Shown: positions 48,421 through 58,054 of the stretch, piece by piece | Layout of the letters: every line of letters starts with the position of its first letter | Numbering within the stretch: position 1 is the first letter of the stretch | NCBI GenBank assembly: GCA_964424335.1 | Contig: CAYRIY010000004.1 | Location: forward strand, 9,068 to 73,067 | Source: an uncultured Clostridia bacterium | GTDB lineage: Bacteria > Bacillota > Limnochordia > DTU080 > RSA5 | Reading direction: 5' to 3' | Length of the DNA: 64,000 bases | Notes under the pieces: generated by a model | Told to the model about the DNA's origin: nothing | The model's database searches: none | What the model saw: only the letters and a program-made list of their open reading frames with translations | Program-made: the position numbers and the translations under genes

Positions 48421-49248
48421 ATGGGCTTGCTCTCCGACGTCGAACAACGGATCGACGCCTTAGTGCGCCGGGTCTTTCCAAAGCGCGCCGGGGATCGGGT
48501 TCAGCCGCTCGAGATCGCCCGCGAGATGGCAAAGGCGATGGAGCGACAGCGAACCCTCAGCGTCGATACCGTGTATGTCCCAAATGTGTTCCATGCCACG
48601 GTCCACGAGGACGACCTTGAAGCGTTGCGTCCCGTGTTAAACACCGTGAAGCGGGACGCCGCAAACTACGTAGAGCGTATCGCCGCAAAGCGAGGGTACT
48701 CATTTGCAGGCGCCGTTCGGCTCGAGATCTCGGCCTCCGAGCGCGCCGAAGCGGGCCGAGTCGTCGTCACGGCAAGCTTTGACGAGTCCGGAAAGGCGGC
48801 GCCAAACCGATCGGACCATACAAACGTCCAGGCGCCCGCAGGTGATGGCGCGGACTTCCAGACGAGGCGTTACGACGCACTCGTCGCGAAGACCGCGTCA
48901 CCCTCACCTCGTGTGAGCGGCGCTTCGGCGATCTTGGAAGTGGTGAGCGGCCCGGAAACCGGAAGACGATTGGAACTGAAGGGGGAGCGCACGTACCTGA
49001 TCGGGCGTCTGGAGGAGGCAGACTTGGCCTTGAGCGACACCCGCGTCTCGAAGCGGCACGCCGAGATCAGCTATCGGGATGGCGTCTGGTGGCTCACAGA
49101 TCTCGACAGCACCAACGGCACACGCAAGAATGGAAGGTCCATCGTGCAGGAGACGTTGGCTGACGGCGACCAAGTGGCCGTTGGCCTTACTACGCTCGCA
49201 TTCACGCTCGAATCGGAGCGCACCAAGATTGGACTCGATCGGGTATGA
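48421..49248 (+). CDS. FhaA-like protein: N-terminal DUF3662-like domain plus C-terminal FHA domain
   Basis: N-terminus MGLLSDVEQRIDALVRRVF...LEIAREMAKAME. C-terminal FHA (TYLIGRLEEADLALSDTRVSKRHAEISYRDGVWWLTDLDSTNGTRKNG). Confidence 0.7.
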   Translation: MGLLSDVEQRIDALVRRVFPKRAGDRVQPLEIAREMAKAMERQRTLSVDTVYVPNVFHATVHEDDLEALRPVLNTVKRDAANYVERIAAKRGYSFAGAVRLEISASERAEAGRVVVTASFDESGKAAPNRSDHTNVQAPAGDGADFQTRRYDALVAKTASPSPRVSGASAILEVVSGPETGRRLELKGERTYLIGRLEEADLALSDTRVSKRHAEISYRDGVWWLTDLDSTNGTRKNGRSIVQETLADGDQVAVGLTTLAFTLESERTKIGLDRV

Positions 49249-49715
49249 CCATGGGATCCGTGCTTTGGTGGCTCGGGCGCATGGCGTTCCTTGCCGTGCT
49301 CCTCGGTTTTATCCTCCAACTATATCGCGCGCTGGCCGCCTCGAGCCCGACGATCGATGCTCGTCGTCGCGGGCGGTCGGGACGCCTGATGCTGGAAGAG
49401 GTTGCCGAGAGCGCCGAGGTATGGTTAAAGGAGGGAACCGGCGAACAGCGAAGGCTAACCCCAGGCGCGAGGATATCCGTAACCGACTGCATCCAGATCG
49501 GACGCGGGCCCGAAAATCAACTGCGCATCGTTGATCCTTACGTCTCAACAAGGCACTGCGTGGTGCGAGAAGTGGGTGGGCAATTCATCGTAACCGACCT
49601 TGGAACGACGAATGGAACGCGCGTTGACGATCGACCTTTGACAGGCCGCGCATCCCTCGATTCGGGAATGACAATTGAAGTGGGCCGGGCGCGGTTTCGC
49701 TTTGAGGTGAAGTAA
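49245..49715 (+). CDS. FhaB/FipA-like membrane-anchored FHA-domain protein
   Basis: N-terminal TM (VLWWLGRMAFLAVLLGFIL) plus FHA (IQIGRGPENQLRIVDPYVSTRHCVVREVGGQFIVTDLGTTNGTRVDDRPL). Confidence 0.7.
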   Translation: MTMGSVLWWLGRMAFLAVLLGFILQLYRALAASSPTIDARRRGRSGRLMLEEVAESAEVWLKEGTGEQRRLTPGARISVTDCIQIGRGPENQLRIVDPYVSTRHCVVREVGGQFIVTDLGTTNGTRVDDRPLTGRASLDSGMTIEVGRARFRFEVK

Positions 49716-49719
49716 GCGT

Positions 49720-50460
49720 ATGCGAGTTGGGTACGGGACCGATGCCGGCCGGGTAAGGCCGATCAATGAAGACTGTCTGTGGGCGGACGATAAGCTCCTC
49801 GTACTGGCCGACGGCATGGGCGGGCACCAAGCAGGAGAAGTCGCGTCCCGGCTTGCCGTGGAATCGGTCGTAGCCCACTTTCAAGATCACGAGGCGCCCG
49901 CGGATTGCGAAAAATCCAGCGTGGCGATCGATCTTGTGCGCGCGTCGGTCCGCGCCGCCAATGCGCTCGTCTACTCCAAGTCGCTCCAAGCCCCCGAACT
50001 CAAAGGCATGGGCACGACGCTAACCGTCGCGCTCCTCGTCAATGGGGAAGCGGTCCTCGGCCACGTGGGAGACAGCCGCGCTTATCTCGTCCAGCCCGAG
50101 TCGATCGTCCAACTTACCGAGGACCATTCGGTCGTGTGGGAGCTCATGCGAAGCGGCAGCCTGAGCAGCCAGGAGGCGCACGTCCATCCGTACCGCAACA
50201 TGCTCACCCGCGCGCTCGGCACCGCGATGACGGTCGAAGTGGACACCGTGAGGCTTCGTTTGAAACCAACGGACGGGCTGCTGCTCTGTTCCGACGGCTT
50301 GACGGGCGTGCTCTCTGATGAGGAGATTCACGCGATCATCTCGAGCAACTCCGATCCACAAGCCGCCGTCGACGCGCTGATCGAGCAGGCAAACGCCCGC
50401 GGCGCTCCGGACAACGTCTCCGCGATCCTAGCTCTTCCGGAGGGAGACGTTCGTGGATAG
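49720..50460 (+). CDS. prpC: PP2C-family Ser/Thr phosphatase (PrpC/PstP homolog)
   Basis: RVRPINED, DGMGGHQAGEVAS, GDSRAY, SDGL motifs. Confidence 0.85.
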   Translation: MRVGYGTDAGRVRPINEDCLWADDKLLVLADGMGGHQAGEVASRLAVESVVAHFQDHEAPADCEKSSVAIDLVRASVRAANALVYSKSLQAPELKGMGTTLTVALLVNGEAVLGHVGDSRAYLVQPESIVQLTEDHSVVWELMRSGSLSSQEAHVHPYRNMLTRALGTAMTVEVDTVRLRLKPTDGLLLCSDGLTGVLSDEEIHAIISSNSDPQAAVDALIEQANARGAPDNVSAILALPEGDVRG

Positions 50461-51730
50461 ACTCGTCCTGTGGGCGCTGGGCGCGGGCAACGCGGCGATC
50501 CTCCTTGCCGAGCTAGGCCGTGACGGCGCGCTCCACCTCAGCCACTTGGCACTCCCGGTCCTGTATACGATCGCCTATGTCGGTTCCATTTGGTTTTTGC
50601 GCGCGCGCGGTCGCCCGGTCGATCCGATGTTGCTTGGCGTCGTGTGCGCCCTGACCGGGATCGGCCTTGCAGCGCTCGTCCGCCTCGACGCTGACTTGGC
50701 GTTTCGCCAGGTCAGGTGGATCATCCTCGGGATCGGTTTGTTTACGTGGATCTCCCTTGTGAGCCCGTGGAACTGGGTGAGGCGTTATCGGTACGTCTGG
50801 GCGATCGGTGGACTTGCCCTCCTATCGCTCACCGCCTTGTTTGGCGTTCGGTCAGGGGGGGCGCGCTCTTGGCTCGATCTTGGTTTTTTTAGTTTTCAGC
50901 CCGTAGAAATAGCAAAGATTTGCGTCGTCTTTTTTCTCTCGTCGTATTTGGCCGAAAATCGGATGTTCTTGACCGGCGCCCCTGGAAGAGTCGGAGGCGT
51001 GCCGGCGCGCCTTGAGCATCTTGGACCGATCGGCGCCATGGCGCTGCTTTTTGCGCTGGCCCTTGTCGCGCAAAGGGACCTTGGCGCGGCGCTCATTTTG
51101 GTCGGGCTGTGCGTTTGGATGCTCACCGCTGCGACCGGCAGGCTGTTTTACGCCGTGATTGGGGGCGGTCTCGCCGCTGCCGGCGGCGCAGCGGCCGTCT
51201 TCCTCTTCGATCACGTGCGGATCCGATTCAAAGTCTGGCTCGACCCTTGGAGCATGGCAGACGGTCCCGGCTATCAAATCGTCGAGAGCATGTTCGCACT
51301 GGCCGGAGGCGGCTTTTTCGGCTCTGGGTGGGGACACGGGTTAGCGCACCGGATTCCCGCCGTCGAGACCGACTTTATCTACAGCCTCATCGTTGAAGAG
51401 GTCGGGTTCATCGGCGCCGCAGGCCTGCTCTTTTTGTTTGCAGTCTACTGTATACGGGCGCTTCACCCCGCACTCGACCCCAACGTGGAGGACTACGTCC
51501 GCCTAGGGACAGCGGGTCTTTCCGTATTGGTGGCCATGCAAACTTTTTTGATCGTGGGCGGCGTGACGCGTCTGTTGCCTGTCACGGGTGTGACGCTCCC
51601 CTTCGTCAGTTACGGGGGGAGCTCGATGATCTCATCCTTCGTACAGCTTGGCCTTGTCAATTGCGCGCTTGTCGCAAAGGAACGAACCCTCGATGAAGTA
51701 AGCGAGGCGCCGCGATGGAACGAGGGTTGA
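50453..51730 (+). CDS. rodA: SEDS-family peptidoglycan polymerase (RodA/FtsW)
   Basis: The GTG at 50453 overlaps the PP2C stop. Multi-TM protein with the conserved FQPVEIAK and the C-terminal LPVTGVTLPFVSYGGSSMI. Confidence 0.85.
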   Translation: MDRLVLWALGAGNAAILLAELGRDGALHLSHLALPVLYTIAYVGSIWFLRARGRPVDPMLLGVVCALTGIGLAALVRLDADLAFRQVRWIILGIGLFTWISLVSPWNWVRRYRYVWAIGGLALLSLTALFGVRSGGARSWLDLGFFSFQPVEIAKICVVFFLSSYLAENRMFLTGAPGRVGGVPARLEHLGPIGAMALLFALALVAQRDLGAALILVGLCVWMLTAATGRLFYAVIGGGLAAAGGAAAVFLFDHVRIRFKVWLDPWSMADGPGYQIVESMFALAGGGFFGSGWGHGLAHRIPAVETDFIYSLIVEEVGFIGAAGLLFLFAVYCIRALHPALDPNVEDYVRLGTAGLSVLVAMQTFLIVGGVTRLLPVTGVTLPFVSYGGSSMISSFVQLGLVNCALVAKERTLDEVSEAPRWNEG

Positions 51731-53112
51731 AATGGACCAAGCGCTTGATCGTCGGAGCATTCGCCCTGCTTACAGTCTGGACTGCGTACTGGAGCGTCGT
51801 CGCCGCCCCGGCGCTTCGGGTCGATAGTCGAAACGTGCGGACTTTGCGGGAAGAGCGCTCGGTTTTGAGGGGCGAGATACTTGCTGCCGACATGCAGCCG
51901 CTCGCGGTGAACGACCCGGTGACCGGGCGCCGGACGTACGTCGGCCCGTTGTCGCTTGCCCACTTGGTGGGATACTCCGACGTGCGCTACGGCAAGTCCG
52001 GAATCGAGCGGGCTTACAACGGTGAACTGCTCGGCATGACGGATCAACTCGATCGAGCGCTCGACAAGGCGATGGGAAGGCCGCTTAGGGGCTGGGACGT
52101 CGTCACTACCATCGACCTTGAGATTCAGCGTGCGGCTCATGAAGCGCTGGGCGATCGAAAAGGGGCCGTCGTCGTACTCGATCCAAACGACGGATCGGTG
52201 CTCGCGATGGTGAGCAGCCCCACGTTCGATCCAGGTCGCCTGGGCGATGTGATCGGCCTTGCGGATGATGGCGAAGGGCCGCTCTACAATCGAGCGACGA
52301 TGGGGCAGTACCCGCCCGGCTCCGCGTTCAAGCCCGTGATCATGATCGCCGCGCTCGAAACCCGCGCCGCGGATCCGGGGTACGTTTTTGACGATCAAGG
52401 TTACGTCGTCATCAACGGCAAGCGGATTGAGAACTCCGGGCAGACGGCATACGGCCCGATTGCGCTCGACGATGCGCTTGTAGTCTCTTCGAATGCCGCG
52501 TTCGCGCATTTGGCCGTGGAAACCGGCGCTCGGGCCATCCTGGAGACCGGATGGGCGCTTGGGATCGGGATGAGGCCAAGCTTGTCGATCCCGGCGGCAG
52601 GTGGACGACTTCCCACGGCCGAGGAGGTCGCGGACGAGGCGGCGCTGGCGGCCATGGGCATCGGTCAAGGATCGCTGCTCGTCACGCCGATGCAAATGGC
52701 CATGGTCGCAGCGGCGATTGCAAACGGCGGATGGGCCGTGGAGCCGCGTGTCGTGCGCGCTTTGCGCGCGCCCGGCGGCGCGGTAAATGAGGCGCCTCAT
52801 TCCACCCCGGTGCGGGCGATCTCACCGGGCGTGGCGCACATCGTGCGTGAAGCGATGATTCGTGCCGTAGAGAGCGGAACCGGCGCCCAAGCGAAGGCGC
52901 CCGGCGTGCTCGTGGCAGGGAAGACGGGCACGGCGGAGAACCCTCACGGGCGGCCCCATGCGTGGTTCATCGGCTTTGCCCCTGCTAGATCGCCTCGCAT
53001 CGCGTTTGCAATCGTCGTTGAAAACGGCGGAGGCGGGGGCGCGCAGGCGGCTCCGATCGCACGCGCGATCGTTTCGAGCACGCTGCGTTCCAGCGCCGAA
53101 GGAGATTATTGA
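51715..53112 (+). CDS. pbpA: Class B penicillin-binding protein (transpeptidase; PbpA-like short form)
   Basis: SxxK (PGSAFKP), SxN (VSSNAAF) and KTGT (GKTGTAE) motifs, with an N-terminal TM. Confidence 0.85.
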   Translation: MERGLKWTKRLIVGAFALLTVWTAYWSVVAAPALRVDSRNVRTLREERSVLRGEILAADMQPLAVNDPVTGRRTYVGPLSLAHLVGYSDVRYGKSGIERAYNGELLGMTDQLDRALDKAMGRPLRGWDVVTTIDLEIQRAAHEALGDRKGAVVVLDPNDGSVLAMVSSPTFDPGRLGDVIGLADDGEGPLYNRATMGQYPPGSAFKPVIMIAALETRAADPGYVFDDQGYVVINGKRIENSGQTAYGPIALDDALVVSSNAAFAHLAVETGARAILETGWALGIGMRPSLSIPAAGGRLPTAEEVADEAALAAMGIGQGSLLVTPMQMAMVAAAIANGGWAVEPRVVRALRAPGGAVNEAPHSTPVRAISPGVAHIVREAMIRAVESGTGAQAKAPGVLVAGKTGTAENPHGRPHAWFIGFAPARSPRIAFAIVVENGGGGGAQAAPIARAIVSSTLRSSAEGDY

Positions 53113-53115
53113 TAC

Positions 53116-55083
53116 GTGGGTGATTTTTTGACGGGCCGGATATTGCGGGACCGCTACCAATTGCGCGATAAAGTGGGCGAAGGCGGCATGGCCGTCGTCT
53201 ACCGAGCTCAAGACATGCTGCTGGAGCGCGTCGTCGCGGTCAAGATCCTGCGCGAGCAATTCGCATCCGACCGAGAGTTTGTCGAACGCTTTCGCCTCGA
53301 GGCGCTCTCTGCCGCGAGTTTCAACCATCAAAACGTGGTCAACATCTACGATGTCGGCGAGGACGACGGCGTTTACTACATCGTGATGGAGCACGTCGAA
53401 GGGGAGACGCTCAAGGAGATCATCCGCCGCAGAGGGCGCATTCCAGAGCGCGAAGCCGTCGAGATCGCAATCCAGATCGCGGAAGGGCTCGGGGCCGCGC
53501 ACCGGCGCAACCTCGTCCACCGGGACATAAAGCCGCACAACATCCTGATCACGGACGACGGGGCCGTCAAGGTGACCGACTTCGGCATCGCCCGCGCATC
53601 GAGCGCGGCGTCGCTGACGCAGACCGGCACGGTGATCGGGTCGGTTCACTACTTCTCGCCCCAGCAGGCGCGGGGTGAGGCCGTAGACAGCGCCTCCGAC
53701 ATTTACTCCCTCGGCGTCGTGTTGTTCGAGATGTTGACCGGAAGGCTCCCGTACACGGGCGAGAGTCCCGTCGCGGTCGCGCTAAAGCACATTCAAGAGG
53801 AGCCGCCCCACGTGCGATCGATTGCCCCGGATGTGTCGATCGAAGTCGACCGGCTCGTCGCAAAAATGATGTCGAAAGAAAAGGAGCACCGCCCCGCATC
53901 GACCGCCATTTTGCTCAAAGAGCTCGACGCCGTGCGTAGGGCGTTGCCCGATCGGGCCCCTGAGTCTACGATGGATGTTGCGGGCGATACACAGGTGATG
54001 CCGGCGCTCGGCGATGACGAGAAGACGCTGGTGCGCCGCTTGGGAGAGGACGAGATTGGAATGCCCCGACCGCGCCAAAAACCCGAAAAGAGGAGAAAGC
54101 GGCGTTGGCTGTTCGCCCTGATCGTTTTTGTCGGCTTCGTGGGCGGGCTGGCCTGGGCGGCACAGCAGTTGCCGGCGCTGATCTTTCCGGAAGTCGTCCA
54201 AGTGCCCCGCCTTGCGGGACTCGACCTGGAAACGGCGCGTGAACGCCTGGCCGAACAGGGCCTACGGCTCGACCCCGACATCCAGTACACCTATAGCCGT
54301 GAAGTGGAAACGGGCTTGGTGATCCGCCAAACCCCGGACGGTGGGGCGGAGGTGCGCAAAGGCCGTGCGATACGAGTCACGGTGAGCCAAGGGCCGCGCT
54401 ATGTGGTCGTGCCGGAGGTCGTGGGACTGCGAAAGACGGAAGCGCAGCTCTCCATCACGCAGCAGGGACTCACGATGGGTGAGGTTGTCGAGGAGTTTAA
54501 TCCGAACGTCCCGCCAAATACCGTCATCGGGCAGGATCCGCCTGCCGGAACGCGGCTCGAGGAGGGACGGGCCGTCGACATCCAAGTGGCGCGTGGGAGT
54601 CAGCCGCTGACGTTGATTACGGTCCCCGACGTGCGCGGACAGACGCTCAGCCAGGCTCAGTCGCTGCTCGAGTCATTGGGGCTCGTGGCCGGGACGATCC
54701 ACGGCGAACCCAGCGTGTCGATCCAGCCCAACACAGTGATCGATCAGCATCCTAGGCCGGGAGATCAAGTCGAAGTAGGCTCCACGTTCGGCCTGATCTA
54801 CTCGGTGAGACCCGAGGAGCCGGTCGGCAGAGAAGAACCCGCAATTGCGGAGACGGCCGACAAAAACTGGGAGATTCCGGTCTTGATCGCTGTTCCCGAG
54901 GGTCCGTCACAACTCGTCGTCGTGATGGTGACGGACGATTGGTCGCCGCGCGTCGTCTACAGCGAAGTGCACCGGGGCGGATCGCGCTTTACGCACACCG
55001 TTCACGTGCGGGGCGACGAGGCGATGGTCCAGGTATGGTTTGACGGAGTGCCTCAAATGAACGAGGTGTTCCGCAGGCCGTAA
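53116..55083 (+). CDS. prkC: Ser/Thr protein kinase with a TM segment and three extracellular PASTA domains (PrkC/PknB homolog)
   Basis: GEGGMAVVYRA, HRDIKPHNIL, DFGIA, a TM (WLFALIVFVGFVGGLAW), and three repeats of ~65 aa beginning VPxVxG... Confidence 0.9.
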   Translation: MGDFLTGRILRDRYQLRDKVGEGGMAVVYRAQDMLLERVVAVKILREQFASDREFVERFRLEALSAASFNHQNVVNIYDVGEDDGVYYIVMEHVEGETLKEIIRRRGRIPEREAVEIAIQIAEGLGAAHRRNLVHRDIKPHNILITDDGAVKVTDFGIARASSAASLTQTGTVIGSVHYFSPQQARGEAVDSASDIYSLGVVLFEMLTGRLPYTGESPVAVALKHIQEEPPHVRSIAPDVSIEVDRLVAKMMSKEKEHRPASTAILLKELDAVRRALPDRAPESTMDVAGDTQVMPALGDDEKTLVRRLGEDEIGMPRPRQKPEKRRKRRWLFALIVFVGFVGGLAWAAQQLPALIFPEVVQVPRLAGLDLETARERLAEQGLRLDPDIQYTYSREVETGLVIRQTPDGGAEVRKGRAIRVTVSQGPRYVVVPEVVGLRKTEAQLSITQQGLTMGEVVEEFNPNVPPNTVIGQDPPAGTRLEEGRAVDIQVARGSQPLTLITVPDVRGQTLSQAQSLLESLGLVAGTIHGEPSVSIQPNTVIDQHPRPGDQVEVGSTFGLIYSVRPEEPVGREEPAIAETADKNWEIPVLIAVPEGPSQLVVVMVTDDWSPRVVYSEVHRGGSRFTHTVHVRGDEAMVQVWFDGVPQMNEVFRRP

Positions 55084-55128
55084 CACACAGAAACTCTAAG
55101 CCCCAATCAGAAAGGCTGATCAAATTCG

Positions 55129-56022
55129 GTGGCAGGTGACGAAAGACGGATCGGTACGGTAACTAAGAGCGTGGGCGGGTTTCATATGATCGCGCTGCCC
55201 TCCGGCGAAGAGGTGCGGGCGGTTGCCCGGGGGCGGATCAAGCGGAAAGGGGCGATCCTCGCCGGTGATCGCGTGCTCGTGCACGTCACGAGCGAAGGCG
55301 ACGCCGTGGTTGAAGACGTCCTCGAACGCAGCTCGGTGCTGATCCGGCCGCCTGTGGCCAATGTAAGCCTTGCAGTCGTCGTCATGGCGTGCGCAAATCC
55401 CCCGCCCAACATGGAGCTCCTCGATCGAATCCTGCTCCAGGTCGAGCGGGAGGGAATTCGAGCGCTCCTCGTCTTTTCCAAGGTGGACCTGATCGCGCAA
55501 GACGAGGCCAAAAGACTTGCTGCGGCGTACGAAAAGGCGGGTTATCGAGCCGTCTTTACAAGCGTACATACGATGATTGGGATTGACGACCTCGCCGAGG
55601 AGCTGGTCGGCGAGGTGTCCGTCTTGGCCGGACCCTCCGGGGTAGGCAAGTCGAGTTTGCTAAACGCGCTCATACCGGGGGCGAACCTCGAGACGGAGGC
55701 GGTCAGCGTCAAGACCCAGAGGGGACGGCACACGACGAGAGAAGTCACCTTACTCCCACTCCCAAAGGGCGGCTGGGTTGCCGATTCGCCGGGTTTTTCG
55801 ACGCTCGCCGTTCCTGAACTCGATCCCCGCGACCTCCCAAACCTTTATCCAGAGTTTCGCGATGTCGGAAACAGTTGCCGGTTTCCTGGGTGCTTGCATC
55901 GAAAAGAGACGGGGTGCGCCGTCCAAGATGCGCTCGAGCGGGGCGATGTCGACGCCGAGCGGTATCGCCGGTACTTACGCATATTGAACGAGGTGGAACT
56001 CAACTTTGAACGCCGGTATTGA
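55129..56022 (+). CDS. rsgA: Ribosome small-subunit biogenesis GTPase RsgA/CpgA
   Basis: Circularly permuted GTPase: ...LVFSKVDL..., GPSGVGKSSLLNAL, and the C-terminal zinc finger CRFPGCLHRKETGCAV. Confidence 0.85.
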   Translation: MAGDERRIGTVTKSVGGFHMIALPSGEEVRAVARGRIKRKGAILAGDRVLVHVTSEGDAVVEDVLERSSVLIRPPVANVSLAVVVMACANPPPNMELLDRILLQVEREGIRALLVFSKVDLIAQDEAKRLAAAYEKAGYRAVFTSVHTMIGIDDLAEELVGEVSVLAGPSGVGKSSLLNALIPGANLETEAVSVKTQRGRHTTREVTLLPLPKGGWVADSPGFSTLAVPELDPRDLPNLYPEFRDVGNSCRFPGCLHRKETGCAVQDALERGDVDAERYRRYLRILNEVELNFERRY

Positions 56023-56683
56023 TATAACGAACGTAAAGATTGCGCCGTCCCTGCTTGCTGCAGACTTCACCAGGTTAGCCGATTCACTCGATTCGGTGCG
56101 ATCGGCCGATTGGCTGCACCTCGATGTGATGGACGGCTGCTTTGTTCCCAACATTTCCTTTGGGCCCGGAATCATCAAGGCGCTGCGCCCGATCTGCGAT
56201 CTCTTCTTTGACGTGCATCTCATGATCGTCGATCCTGAGCGGTACATCGCCGACTTCGTCGATGCCGGCGCCGACAGGATCACCGTCCACGCCGAAGCCT
56301 GTCGACACTTGCATTCGACGCTTCAAAAGATCAACGAGGCGGGCGTCAAGGCTGGTGTGGCTCTCAACCCGGCAACGGGCATCGAGGCGGTCAAACACGT
56401 GGCGCACCTCGTCGATTTGATCCTCGTGATGACGGTAAATCCGGGGTTTGGCGGGCAGCGCTTTCTCCAGGAGACACTCGTCAAGGTGGAGGAGGCGGCG
56501 AGGCTTGCGAGCGATATGAACTTAAAGCTCGAAATCGAAGTGGACGGCGGCGTCGGACCGGACAACGCTGGACTTTGCGCCCGCGCCGGCGCGACCGCCC
56601 TCGTAGCGGGGACTGCAGTCTTTCAATCGCCTGATCCAGCAGGCGTAATCCGTCTCATGAGAGAGCGAACCCGTGAGCGCTAA
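56006..56683 (+). CDS. rpe: Ribulose-phosphate 3-epimerase
   Basis: KIAPSLLAADF...LHLDVMDG...FVPNISFGP, VMTVNPGFGGQ. Confidence 0.9.
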   Translation: MNAGIDITNVKIAPSLLAADFTRLADSLDSVRSADWLHLDVMDGCFVPNISFGPGIIKALRPICDLFFDVHLMIVDPERYIADFVDAGADRITVHAEACRHLHSTLQKINEAGVKAGVALNPATGIEAVKHVAHLVDLILVMTVNPGFGGQRFLQETLVKVEEAARLASDMNLKLEIEVDGGVGPDNAGLCARAGATALVAGTAVFQSPDPAGVIRLMRERTRER

Positions 56684-57045
56684 GTAGCCGGAACAACGTC
56701 ACGATCTGTAACCTAAATCAAAACTGCAAATTGAGTTAAGTATAACTTGACTACAAGGTGTGCAGAGGTATATATTGGGACCAAGCGACACGGTCTCCGG
56801 GCGGTTCCACTTTAGACAGGGGGCGGCGCTTCACGGACAAGTAAAATCTCCGGGTGATCCCGAAGAGCGCGCCCAGCGCGCACACACAAAAGACTGAAAA
56901 GAGCGATTCAAAACAAAATAAAAACTTCCCCTCATGGGCATGGCTGGTGACGAACCTGGGCAGAGATCGACACATCTAAAAGGCGGACGCCCGGGGGCCG
57001 TTGTCGACTTTCAAACAGTGGGCGTGCGAAAGGGGAACGAGAAGC

Positions 57046-57495
57046 GTGGCACTCATCTTGGTGGGGTGGCGGACCGATGGGCGAATGTACGAAGTGCTGT
57101 CGGATCTCGACATCCCCGAGGGACTTCAATGGTATCCGGGAAACGAGGTGCGAAGCGAACAGGAACTGACGTTGACGCTCAACTTGCTTGGATCTGAGCC
57201 GATGCTGATCTTTGCGCGGGCAAACGAGCGCGACATCAAAGCGCTCGGCTCGTGGCTGACGGATCACGCGCCATCCCTAGATCGGGTGGAAACCGCGGTG
57301 ATCGGAGATGATTGGAAAGAGATTTTGCACTCCCTGGAGCCGACGCTCGACTGGCCGAAATGGCCGCTCGCTTGGTTTCCGTTTTATAAGGAATCAAGCG
57401 AGCTGCAAGGAAGGCTTGAATACCTGGCTCGCCGTGTCCAAGCAGGCGGGCGGGTCGAAAGGGCGGCAGTGGAGGCGGGCCAATCTATTAGTTAG
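57046..57495 (+). CDS. Hypothetical protein (~149 aa), no recognisable motif
   Basis: A GTG at 57046 is preceded by AAAGGGGA. It follows a ~300-nt untranslated, relatively AT-rich region with a promoter-like TTGACT...TATATT at ~56748-56777. Confidence 0.35.
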   Translation: MALILVGWRTDGRMYEVLSDLDIPEGLQWYPGNEVRSEQELTLTLNLLGSEPMLIFARANERDIKALGSWLTDHAPSLDRVETAVIGDDWKEILHSLEPTLDWPKWPLAWFPFYKESSELQGRLEYLARRVQAGGRVERAAVEAGQSIS

Positions 57496-57683
57496 ATGGC
57501 CCGCTCGATCTTGCCCGATTTGATGCACGTGGTGCAGACGTACGCTCTCCTTGGACGACCGTCCAGGACGATGCGGATCCGCTGCAGGTTGGGCAACCAT
57601 ACCCGGTTGGTCTTGCGATTTGAGTGCGAAACATTATGCCCTGTCTGCGTGCTCTTCTCACAAACCACGCAACGCCTTGCCAT
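57492..57683 (-). CDS. rpmB: Ribosomal protein L28
   Basis: MARRCVVCEKSTQTGHNVSHSNRKTNRVWLPNLQRIRIV...CTTC. The start is chosen at the internal Met, giving a 63-aa L28-sized product. Confidence 0.8.
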   Translation of the reverse strand: MARRCVVCEKSTQTGHNVSHSNRKTNRVWLPNLQRIRIVLDGRPRRAYVCTTCIKSGKIERAI

Positions 57684-58054
57684 AGGTACTTCCTCCCAAT
57701 CGTATCGAGCATCACTTGACATGCGCCGAAAATCCCTCTAAGTTTAGCACACAGCCCTAGCGTGTGTCCAATATTGATTGCGTCATTCCATGACAAGTAT
57801 CCGGCCTATGAACTTTCATCAAGTAGATGTGCGCCGCCGAAGCCGAGTATGGGCGCTGTTCAACCGCTCTCGAACGAGGCGGTCCTTTAGGAGGCTCTGT
57901 ATAGGGCAAGGTAGGGGCGCGGCAAGAGGATAGGCACTATACGCCACGAAGTATAGTGCGTGTTATGTCCAGCTAAAGTTGATCACTTGGGTCGGGACCC
58001 GGTGGGCTGGTTACGTTTTTATTATGTGTCCAGCGGATCTGGAGGTCTTATTCT

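Noticed and set aside
56751-56975. 74-aa minus-strand ORF in the rpe-downstream untranslated region
   Set aside because: Low-complexity hydrophobic translation with no RBS. It lies within a region better explained as a leader or promoter.
57723-58054. Hairpin GGGTC-GG-GACCC near 57985-58000 as a terminator upstream of the YloV-like gene
   Set aside because: Short 5-bp stem with no U-run on either strand.
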